NCBI GenBank assembly: GCA_034414575.1
Contig: DAOULZ010000012.1
Coordinates: forward strand, 3,035 to 67,034
Length of the DNA: 64,000 nt
Origin: Dehalococcoidales bacterium
Lineage (GTDB): Bacteria > Chloroflexota > Dehalococcoidia > Dehalococcoidales > UBA5760
Direction: 5' to 3'
Below the pieces are notes generated by a model, which worked only from the letters and a program-made list of their open reading frames with translations, searched no databases and had not been told where the DNA came from. Of this stretch, positions 47,448 through 55,037 are shown piece by piece (position 1 is the first letter of the stretch; each line of letters begins with the position of its first letter). The position numbers and the translations under genes were made by a program.

Positions 47448-47475
47448 AGTTTAGCACAGCTACCGTCAGAGTCAA
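47448..47475 (-). promoter_or_regulatory. sigma70-type promoter of the pilin gene
   Basis: On the minus strand: TTGACT (47475-47470), 16 nt, TAAACT (47453-47448). Confidence 0.4.
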
Positions 47476-47652
47476 TCACGCATTAGTAATAGTAAGATAG
47501 TATGAGTCCGTGTGCCGCCCTGCTTGGTTTTGTCTCTCTGGGAAGCGAAGAATAACGTCGGGAAATGTACTCTGCCCGCTGATACCCCCTTTTAGTATTA
47601 GTGTCGTCTTTAAAGTGTCAGGTGAATTTTGCTATCATCAAGGTAGTATATC

Positions 47653-49020
47653 CTAGCCAGATGATCCTAATTTGTCAACCTCAAAGACTCTGATGCGCTG
47701 CCTTTCGGCAAACTGCTTGGCTTCCTGGCTGAGCCCTGGAGAAGCAATCAGTACCTTGTTCTGGATTCCGATGTCATAGGCCTTATCATCAAAATCGAAT
47801 ACTTTGCCCAGTTCTATTGGCTTATCGCTGGCCTCCATGCCGATAGCAACCTGATGCGTGACAATGCCGTCGTCTCTGATTGCCAGAATATCAATATTAT
47901 GTTCGGCACCAGACCGGCCCCTAGCTTTTGCCTTCTTCTTTACCTCATAGGCATATTGCTTCAGGTATTCTACCAGATGAGAAGTGGACTTGAATTCGAA
48001 TGGCTCCTTCTTAACTCTTACATCCAGTGGTGGTATAGCTCTGGCGAGTACTGCATCCAAATCTTTAACCGGTAGCACCGTAATTCTCTGGTGACTGGCA
48101 AATGTCGCTGCTGCCTCGTCTAATGGGGGATCAACCAGCAAGACCTTCTCACGAATGCCAGTATCATAGGCTTTATCATCAAATTCACATACGTCTCGCA
48201 GGGATACTTTATCCCCAGCCGCCTTAATCCCAATGGCAATTTCATGGGTTATAATGCCGTCATCTCTGGTTGCCAAGATATCAATATTGTGTTCGGCACC
48301 AGACCGGCCCTTTCTGGTAGCATTTTCGATTACTTCATAGCCGCACCGTTTCAGAAACTCTGTGAGCTGGGCCTTAGGTTTAAATTCAAACTCCAGCCAG
48401 CTTCTTTTGGCTTCATCAATGCTGTAGGAGTAGATATTTACCTCAGTAATCTTGTCCTCACTGGTGATTGAGGAGCATCTTAGGCAGCGCCATTTTGTTA
48501 CCGGTATCTGGAAAACGTCACCGCAGACGTGACACTTACGCATCAGGCCCAGGCTTCGATAGTCACTATCGAGTTTACGTAGCTCTGCTTTACACTTGGG
48601 ACATATGAGTCTGCCCTGAGCTATAAACTCATCTTCAAGCCCGACATATCCACAGATAGAGTGTTCTAGGACCCTGCCTCGAGCGATATTACCAGAACCA
48701 CACTTGGGACAGTTAGTGGTTGGTCTCAAATTTACTGACCGACACTGAGGGCAATGGAGAAACCGGTCAAAGAAGTCCTTATTTAGGATACCCTTATTAA
48801 CCAGGGACTCCAGCATTGATACTGCTTCCTGCCCTTTAGCCTCCAGTTTTTCTTCGATAAAGGGATAGGTAAAACCCAGTTCGCTGGTAAAATCAAGTTC
48901 GGGTCTAATATCAATAATCCCCTCCGCCAGCATGGTGGCTACTAGCTTAGTGGCTCTTTTGTCATTCCCTAAGCTGGGTAGAGCTTTAGCTGCTCTCTGG
49001 AAATCATCGCCTTTCACCAT
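47653..49020 (-). CDS. multi-zinc-ribbon protein with two C-terminal copies of the PilB-type degenerate nuclease-like domain
   Basis: Start at the ATG after GGAGGTGG. The helical N-terminus is followed by CPQC..CPKC, CPKC and CHVC..CLRC ribbons. Two repeats of about 110 aa share GRSGAEHNIDILA.RDDGI.TH..AIG ... FDDKAYD.GI..KVL ... QRI.V with the PilB N-terminus. Confidence 0.75.
   Translation of the reverse strand: MVKGDDFQRAAKALPSLGNDKRATKLVATMLAEGIIDIRPELDFTSELGFTYPFIEEKLEAKGQEAVSMLESLVNKGILNKDFFDRFLHCPQCRSVNLRPTTNCPKCGSGNIARGRVLEHSICGYVGLEDEFIAQGRLICPKCKAELRKLDSDYRSLGLMRKCHVCGDVFQIPVTKWRCLRCSSITSEDKITEVNIYSYSIDEAKRSWLEFEFKPKAQLTEFLKRCGYEVIENATRKGRSGAEHNIDILATRDDGIITHEIAIGIKAAGDKVSLRDVCEFDDKAYDTGIREKVLLVDPPLDEAAATFASHQRITVLPVKDLDAVLARAIPPLDVRVKKEPFEFKSTSHLVEYLKQYAYEVKKKAKARGRSGAEHNIDILAIRDDGIVTHQVAIGMEASDKPIELGKVFDFDDKAYDIGIQNKVLIASPGLSQEAKQFAERQRIRVFEVDKLGSSG
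47863..47920. repeat. DNA-level direct repeat, copy A (within domain repeat 4)
   Basis: 58 nt matching 48253-48310 at 53/58 positions, offset by 390 nt. Confidence 0.8.
48253..48310. repeat. DNA-level direct repeat, copy B (within domain repeat 3)
   Basis: See copy A. The pair encodes the G.SGAEHNIDILA.RDDG core of both domain copies. Confidence 0.8.
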
Positions 49021-49135
49021 TTTCCACCTCCGCCAATTGAATCTGTGGATAAAGTATACTGCTGTCAAGTGCTAAAATCAATAACCTGCTTTTCCTATTG
49101 ACTGGACTCTGAAAAGCAGTCAAAATAGAGACTAG

Positions 49136-49933
49136 ATGGAAAACGCCCTGCTAGCCATTTTTACCACATTGGGTATGGTTATAGCTAGTTTCCTCAATGT
49201 CGTGATTGACCGATTACCCAATAAGGAGTCACTTATTTTTCCTCCCTCTCATTGTCCCTCCTGTCAGCATCGCCTGGCGGTAAGGGACCTGGTGCCTGTC
49301 TTCAGCTACCTGTGGCTACGTGGTCGCTGTCGTTATTGTCAGGCTCCTATCCCCCGGCGACTGCTGGGGATGGAAATTGGCCTTGGGGCTCTATTTCCGC
49401 TTCTTTACTGGCATTATGGTTTGAGTGTTGAATTAGGAATTGTTGCCTACTGCTGCTGCCTGTTCATTGTGCTCATGGTTATTGATTGGGAGCACGGGCT
49501 TATCCTCAACAAGATTGTGTACCCGGCCATGATAGCAGCCGTGCTTATCAGTATCTTTCTAGCCGGGAGCATAAGCGTTTTCATGCTGGGTAACAGCATT
49601 ATCCTCCTACCGCCGGGAATCGCTCAGGCGGCCATCGGTGGCGCGGTTGGCTTTGGCATAACCTTGTTGGTAGTTCTTCTCTCCAGAGGTGGCATGGGTT
49701 GGGGGGACGTTAAGATGGCGGCCCTGATCGGGCTGGTTATTGGCTTTCCGCTAGTGTTTTTTACATTAATCATGGCGGCAATCTTAGGCGGTTTGGTGGC
49801 GGTGATTTTGCTCCTGCTCAAGAAAAAGAAGCGGAAAGAGGCAATCCCCTTCGGTCCGGCCCTGGCTATCGCCACTATCGTTACCTTAATCTGGGGAAAA
49901 GGCATCCTCATCTGGTGGCTGGGAATATTCTAA
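49136..49933 (+). CDS. pilD: prepilin peptidase (A24 family)
   Basis: N-terminal CPSC...CRYC zinc motif, multiple TM helices and the catalytic-Asp motif GWGDVKMAALIG. Confidence 0.92.
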   Translation: MENALLAIFTTLGMVIASFLNVVIDRLPNKESLIFPPSHCPSCQHRLAVRDLVPVFSYLWLRGRCRYCQAPIPRRLLGMEIGLGALFPLLYWHYGLSVELGIVAYCCCLFIVLMVIDWEHGLILNKIVYPAMIAAVLISIFLAGSISVFMLGNSIILLPPGIAQAAIGGAVGFGITLLVVLLSRGGMGWGDVKMAALIGLVIGFPLVFFTLIMAAILGGLVAVILLLLKKKKRKEAIPFGPALAIATIVTLIWGKGILIWWLGIF

Positions 49934-50008
49934 CCACAGTTTATGACTGACGTCCCGACATTAAGTTGCCTCCCAAATAGTTTTACCTCAAAAAATAGGC
50001 CAGGGGTA

Positions 50009-50037
50009 TTGACATTTGCCATCTGGCGAATTATAGT
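50009..50037 (+). promoter_or_regulatory. near-consensus sigma70-type promoter
   Basis: TTGACA (50009-50014), 17 nt, TATAGT (50032-50037), about 60 nt upstream of the ATG at 50096. Confidence 0.5.
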
Positions 50038-50095
50038 ATATAAAATTAGTACTTTAGAGCTAGTTCAGAAGTTGTAATTAGCAGGTAAGGTTAGC

Positions 50096-50359
50096 ATGGA
50101 AGGTAGAAGGTCAAGTATTCAAGTAATAGCCGATATATTGAGACTGGGGGAAGCGGGTAAGACCGAGATAATGTATAGTGCCAACATGAGCTTCTTCCAG
50201 CTGAAGAAGTATCTCAACTTCCTGCTTGAATTGAGGTTGATTGATAAAGTAACGGTGGGGAATCCCACGGTGACTTACCGGGTGACCAGGAAGGGCCTTA
50301 GGTTGCTCAGGAGTATAGATGCCGTACTGGAGATACTCGAGCTAAAAGAGGCTGACTGA
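50096..50359 (+). CDS. small winged-helix DNA-binding protein (HTH_45-like)
   Basis: 87 aa. IQVIADILRL...GKTEIMYSANMSFFQLKKYLNFLLELRLI...YRVTRKGLRLL is a wHTH pattern I associate mainly with archaeal small regulators. Confidence 0.6.
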   Translation: MEGRRSSIQVIADILRLGEAGKTEIMYSANMSFFQLKKYLNFLLELRLIDKVTVGNPTVTYRVTRKGLRLLRSIDAVLEILELKEAD

Positions 50360-50380
50360 GCTTAGAAAAGGAGTGCTTCT

Positions 50381-50737
50381 GTGGCTGAAAAAAGAATGCT
50401 GATAGTGCCAGCCGAGCTCGTTAGGCGAATCGATGAAAATCGCGGTGATATGAGTCAGGCGGAGTTTATCGATTTTCTGATTGATAGTCAGCTGAAAGAG
50501 GAGACCAAGACTAAAGAGCAGGGAAAGTATGTCACCGAAGAGCAGTTTCACTCTCTGGAGCAGGATATAAAGAAGCTCCTCAGGAGCTTCCTTGATTTCT
50601 TTGTCAGCTACGGTCTTGAACTGGGTAAGCAGGCTCCCCACTCTGAGTTTGAAGAGCTTGCCAGCCGCTTGCAGGGACTGGAGAAAGAGCTGGATTCCGA
50701 CTCCGGTAAGGGCAAAGCGACCATAAAGTGGAAGTAG
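50381..50737 (+). CDS. ribbon-helix-helix (CopG-like) domain protein
   Basis: MLIVPAELVRRIDENRGDMSQAEFIDFLI is an RHH pattern with a helical C-terminus. AAGGAG RBS and GTG start. Confidence 0.55.
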   Translation: MAEKRMLIVPAELVRRIDENRGDMSQAEFIDFLIDSQLKEETKTKEQGKYVTEEQFHSLEQDIKKLLRSFLDFFVSYGLELGKQAPHSEFEELASRLQGLEKELDSDSGKGKATIKWK

Positions 50738-50763
50738 CCCTATAATTCTTTAGGATATCACGA

Positions 50764-50788
50764 CCCCCTCCGGAAGATGGGGTTTTTT
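50764..50788 (+). terminator. rho-independent terminator
   Basis: A CCCC(C)TC ... GA(T)GGGG hairpin followed by TTTTTT. Confidence 0.55.
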
Positions 50789-50950
50789 ATTTGGGGGGGA
50801 TATTAACTAACGGATTTATCCCTTTGACAAACCCAATATAGAAGTCATATGAGTTGTAATTGTGTTCTAGTAAATAGCGTTCTTCGGTGGATAGTGCCTA
50901 ATGAAAAGATGTCTGAATTGGTTAAATGGCTAGATAAAATAGTTGGGAGT

Positions 50951-51271
50951 TTAACCATCTTGGAAAGGAGTCCACTCAGGGCCAAGACGCCAATCATGGT
51001 TCTTATTGTAGCCTTGTTTCCTCATCCAATCATTAACATTGAGGTCATCCACCCAAACTTCGGCTAGCCTTACGCCATAATCGGCCTTCCCTGTGATTTT
51101 ATAAGTAACTGACCGTTTGGCAATCTTGCTTACTAACTTCTGTTTAGCTTCTCTCCCTTCAGGTATAGTCAGAGGGGGAACATATACCCCAGACAATGTA
51201 ATCGTATACTTAGTCGTTTGAAATGTGTTACCATCCAAAACATTTTCTACAAAAGCACCCTCATAAGCCAT
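50951..51271 (-). CDS. short SNase (thermonuclease)-like OB-fold protein, catalytic residues not conserved
   Basis: VLDGNTF ... ITLSGVYVPP ... YGVRLAEVWVDDLNVNDWMRKQGY parallels staphylococcal nuclease. The Asp/Glu/Arg catalytic positions are substituted. Confidence 0.45.
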   Translation of the reverse strand: MAYEGAFVENVLDGNTFQTTKYTITLSGVYVPPLTIPEGREAKQKLVSKIAKRSVTYKITGKADYGVRLAEVWVDDLNVNDWMRKQGYNKNHDWRLGPEWTPFQDG

Positions 51272-51452
51272 CTTAGTTCACCCGAGGGGATTATAGCACC
51301 ATGTTAAGGGATGTCAAGGGGTGTTGAGGTATGGTTGGTTCGGGTTAGCTGGGCTGATTTTGATTGCTCCCATGGCGTAGAACATTGTTCTAGTACTCAG
51401 TACCTTCCCATTCTGGGCCCTATCCCTGATAGTAATTATTAGGGAAGGTATC

Positions 51453-52049
51453 ATGGTTTACATAATAATTGGAGCCGTCGGTTTTACCTTAGCTCATATT
51501 TTTGACCTCGTCTCCTTAAAAAGAATCCCCAGGTTAAAGCCGATAATCTGGTTTTTAGGTTGCGGCTTATTAATCTACTCGCTGGTGATGATATGCCGCT
51601 ATCCGGTTAAAATTATGCTGCCGGCCTGGTCAATCTGGTTGGGTTGGGGAGTGCTCGCCGTATCGGCTTCCTTATTAATCCATTCATTATTTATCAGCCT
51701 GCCCTTTCGCAGGACATACATTACTACCGGGGTTGGCGATAAGCTGGTAAAAACCGGGCTGTATGCCCTGGTTCGCCATCCGGGGGTTATGTGGTTTCCC
51801 CTTTTCATACTATCTCTAATCCCGATTTCAAGATCCAGCCTGCTGCTTATTGCTGCCCCGATTTTTATTGGGCTGGATATCGTGCTGGTAGTTATCCAGG
51901 ACAGGTTTGTCTTTGGCCGCATGTTTGATGGCTATGATAGCTACCGGCGGCAAACACCGATGTTACTGCCAAACAGACGGAGCGTCAGCGCTTTTCTACG
52001 CTCCTTACGGCAGGTTAAGTCTTATAGTCTGACACAAAGGAGGTTGTAA
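51453..52049 (+). CDS. ICMT/phospholipid-methyltransferase-family membrane methyltransferase
   Basis: Multi-TM protein with LVKTGLYALVRHPGVMWF (the G.Y..vRHP motif). Confidence 0.65.
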   Translation: MVYIIIGAVGFTLAHIFDLVSLKRIPRLKPIIWFLGCGLLIYSLVMICRYPVKIMLPAWSIWLGWGVLAVSASLLIHSLFISLPFRRTYITTGVGDKLVKTGLYALVRHPGVMWFPLFILSLIPISRSSLLLIAAPIFIGLDIVLVVIQDRFVFGRMFDGYDSYRRQTPMLLPNRRSVSAFLRSLRQVKSYSLTQRRL

Positions 52050-52053
52050 GACC

Positions 52054-53703
52054 ATGAGTAAGGAGGCAAGACTAATCGTCCAGGGTAAAAATGAAGAGCT
52101 GTGGCAAAGGTGTTGTGGCTTTATCGATCTAAGCTTACCAGAGTTTATGAGCATTCAGGAGAGATTACTACTGGAGCAGATGGAGCTGCTGAGAAAGTGT
52201 AAGCTGGGCAGGAGTATCATGCGTGGTGTCGAACCCAGAACTGCGGAGGAGTTTCGGCGACAGGTGCCCCTGACCACCTATGCCGATTATGAGCCATTTC
52301 TCCTTACCAAGAACGAGAAAGCCCTCCCCGCAAAACCGCTCTTTTGGCAGCATACTTCAGGGCGCTCTGGAGAGTATTCGTTCAAATGGGCACCTGTGAC
52401 CGCCAGGCAGTTCGACGAAATACGTGCCCTTCTCTTTGGCTGCCTAGCTTTTTCCTGCTGCAGAAGCAAGGGGGAAATTTCCTACAAGTGGAAGGACAAA
52501 TTCCTTTATGCTCTGGCCCCGCCACCCTATACTACCGGCGCGCTGATACACAACGCGCCTCACGAGGTGTTTGACTTCCTGCCGCCAATAAAGGCAGCGG
52601 AAAATATGTCCTTTGAAGAAAGAATACAGCTCGGCTTCAAGCTAGCGTTAACTGAAGGCCTGGATCTGTTTTTTGCCCTGTCCAGCGTGTTGGTGGCTAT
52701 CGGTGACCGTTTCAGCCAGAGAGATGGGAGCATCAGTATTAAGTCCTTAGTGGGCAGACCAAGGGTTCTATCTCGGTTGCTGAAGGGTCTGGTGAAGAGT
52801 AAACTGGCTCGCCGCAAAATTTTGCCTCGTGATATCTGGACCCTCAAGGGTCTGGTCTCAACCGGCTCAGACGGGGCTGTGTTCCGGGAAAAGGTCAAGG
52901 AGATATGGGGACGGTATCCTCTGGACGTCTACGCTGGCACCGAAGGGCTAATTATGGCGACACAAACCTGGGATTACCAGGGAATGACCTTTGTGCCTCA
53001 CATAAACTTTTTTGAGTTCATTCCTGAGGAAGAGAGTCTGAGGTCCAAGGCTGTCCCCGATTATGAGCCGGAGACGGTGCTTTTAGATAAGGTTAAAGCA
53101 GGAGAGAATTACGAGGTGGTTATCACCAGCTTCCACGGTATGCCCTTTGTCAGATACCGACTTGGTGACATGATTAAGATAACATCGCTACGCAATGAAA
53201 AGCTGGATATAGGAATTCCCCAGATGATGTTTCATGGTCGTGTGGATGACATGATCGACATCGCCGGTTTCACGCGACTGACGGAGAGGGTTATCTGGCA
53301 GGCGATAGAGAATGCAGGGATTCCCTATGAGGAATGGACAGTGCGTAAGGAACTACGGGATAAACCGGTGCTACATCTATACCTTGAGCTTAAAGAAAAC
53401 GGACGTGTTACCCCGGACGAGGTGGCTACTGCTGTTCATGAGCAGTTAACTAAGCTGGATCCCCCTTATGCTGACCTGGAGGCTTTTATCGGTTTGAGGC
53501 CCCTAGAGGTTACCCTGCTGCCTCAAGATGCTTTTCGGGCCTATATGTTACGGCAGCAGGCAGCTGGTGCTGACCTGGCTCACCTTAAGCCGCCGCATAT
53601 CAATCCCTCAGAAAGTATGGTGGAGTGTTTGGTCAAAGGTGTGGAGAAGGTACCGGTAGCTGCAGAGAAGGAGCCCGAGGCAGAAGCAGTTGAAAGTCGG
53701 TAG
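52054..53703 (+). CDS. GH3-family (acyl-acid amido synthetase-like) adenylate-forming enzyme
   Basis: FWQHTSGRSG..K..P.T nucleotide motif, YAGTEG, and NYEVVITSFHGMPFVRYRLGDMIKIT (the GH3 YRLGD motif). Confidence 0.65.
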   Translation: MSKEARLIVQGKNEELWQRCCGFIDLSLPEFMSIQERLLLEQMELLRKCKLGRSIMRGVEPRTAEEFRRQVPLTTYADYEPFLLTKNEKALPAKPLFWQHTSGRSGEYSFKWAPVTARQFDEIRALLFGCLAFSCCRSKGEISYKWKDKFLYALAPPPYTTGALIHNAPHEVFDFLPPIKAAENMSFEERIQLGFKLALTEGLDLFFALSSVLVAIGDRFSQRDGSISIKSLVGRPRVLSRLLKGLVKSKLARRKILPRDIWTLKGLVSTGSDGAVFREKVKEIWGRYPLDVYAGTEGLIMATQTWDYQGMTFVPHINFFEFIPEEESLRSKAVPDYEPETVLLDKVKAGENYEVVITSFHGMPFVRYRLGDMIKITSLRNEKLDIGIPQMMFHGRVDDMIDIAGFTRLTERVIWQAIENAGIPYEEWTVRKELRDKPVLHLYLELKENGRVTPDEVATAVHEQLTKLDPPYADLEAFIGLRPLEVTLLPQDAFRAYMLRQQAAGADLAHLKPPHINPSESMVECLVKGVEKVPVAAEKEPEAEAVESR

Positions 53704-53758
53704 ACCTTTAGTGATTTATTTTACAGCTAACGATGAGGAGTTTAAGAGGTAAAGATTA

Positions 53759-55021
53759 ATGGCTACAGGTGCAGATAATAACAACCGGCGAGTGGTGATT
53801 ACTGGAATGGGGGTTATTAGTCCAGTGGGACTGACGATTCCCGATATGTGGGAGGCTCTTATCTCCGGTAAGTGTGGGATTGACTACATTTCCTACTTTG
53901 ACACGTCAAAATTTAGGACCAAGTATGCGGCTGAGGTGAGAAACTTTGACCCAGGTGCCTATTTCGGCCCGAAAGAGGCTAGCCGCATGGATCGGTTTAG
54001 TCAGTTCGCGGTAGCTGCCAGCCTTCAGGCAGTGGAAGCTGCCGGGTTGCGACTAGATAATGGTGACGCTGAGGAAACCGGTGTCATCATCGGTGACAGT
54101 ATCTGTGGTTTGCTTCAGATCTGCGACCAGATTAAGGTGCTGGGTAGCGCTGGGCCGGAAAGGGTGAGTCCGGTTCTGGCTCCCACCATGTCCGGTGATG
54201 CTGCCTCGGTACAGGTCTCATTAATATTAGGCACCAAGGGTATTAACTATTCCCCATCATCGGCCTGCTCTAGCGGCAGCGATGCCATCGGTCAGGCCTA
54301 CGAGATAATTAGGGGGGGGGGTGCCAAGGTAATTATTGCCGGCGGTGCCGAAGCTCCGATAATGCCTATCATTTTGGCTGCCTTTAACTCCTGTCGGGCG
54401 CTCTCAACTAAAAATAATGGGGTTGAAACCGCTTGCTGTCCCTTTGATGCGAAACGAGATGGGTTTATCTTAGGCGAGGGGGCTGCCATTGTGGTTCTAG
54501 AGGAGGCTCGCTACGCTATGGAGCGTAGAGCACCCATCTTGGGTGAAATCATTGGCTACAGTGCCACCAGCGATGCTTTTCACCTGACCCAACCTTCTCC
54601 CGGTGGTGAGGGTGCCTCCAGAGCCTTAAGGCTGGCGATGGAGAGGGCTAATGTTACCCCCGGCGATATTGACTATATTAATGCTCACGGTACCGCGACC
54701 TTACTCAACGACCGGGCTGAAACTAGGGCCATGAAAAACGTGCTTGGTGACTACGCCTATAGTATTCCTATCTCGGGTAGCAAATCTCAGACGGGGCATC
54801 TGCTAGGAGCGTCCGGAAGCCTTGAGGCGGTAATCTGTCTGCTAGCCATGAATCAAGGTGTTGTCCCCCCGACCATAAACCTTGTCCATCCTGACCCTGA
54901 GTGCGATCTGGATTATGTACCCAATAAAGCACGGCGTGTTGAAGTAAAGACGGTAGTCTCAAACTCCTTTGGCTTCGGGGGACACAACTCAACACTCATC
55001 TTCAGGCAGTATGAAGAATAG
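53759..55021 (+). CDS. fabF: beta-ketoacyl-ACP synthase II
   Basis: Active-site Cys (SSACSSGSDAIG), HGTAT and GHLLGASG His motifs, and FGFGGHN at the C-terminus. Confidence 0.92.
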   Translation: MATGADNNNRRVVITGMGVISPVGLTIPDMWEALISGKCGIDYISYFDTSKFRTKYAAEVRNFDPGAYFGPKEASRMDRFSQFAVAASLQAVEAAGLRLDNGDAEETGVIIGDSICGLLQICDQIKVLGSAGPERVSPVLAPTMSGDAASVQVSLILGTKGINYSPSSACSSGSDAIGQAYEIIRGGGAKVIIAGGAEAPIMPIILAAFNSCRALSTKNNGVETACCPFDAKRDGFILGEGAAIVVLEEARYAMERRAPILGEIIGYSATSDAFHLTQPSPGGEGASRALRLAMERANVTPGDIDYINAHGTATLLNDRAETRAMKNVLGDYAYSIPISGSKSQTGHLLGASGSLEAVICLLAMNQGVVPPTINLVHPDPECDLDYVPNKARRVEVKTVVSNSFGFGGHNSTLIFRQYEE

Positions 55022-55037
55022 CCTAAGGGGGGCTAAG

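Noticed and set aside
54969-55037. Upstream start for the radical SAM gene, overlapping fabF by 53 nt
   Set aside because: The ATG at 55038 has a strong AAGGGGGG RBS, and the upstream extension has no coding-like features. The shorter gene model is preferred.
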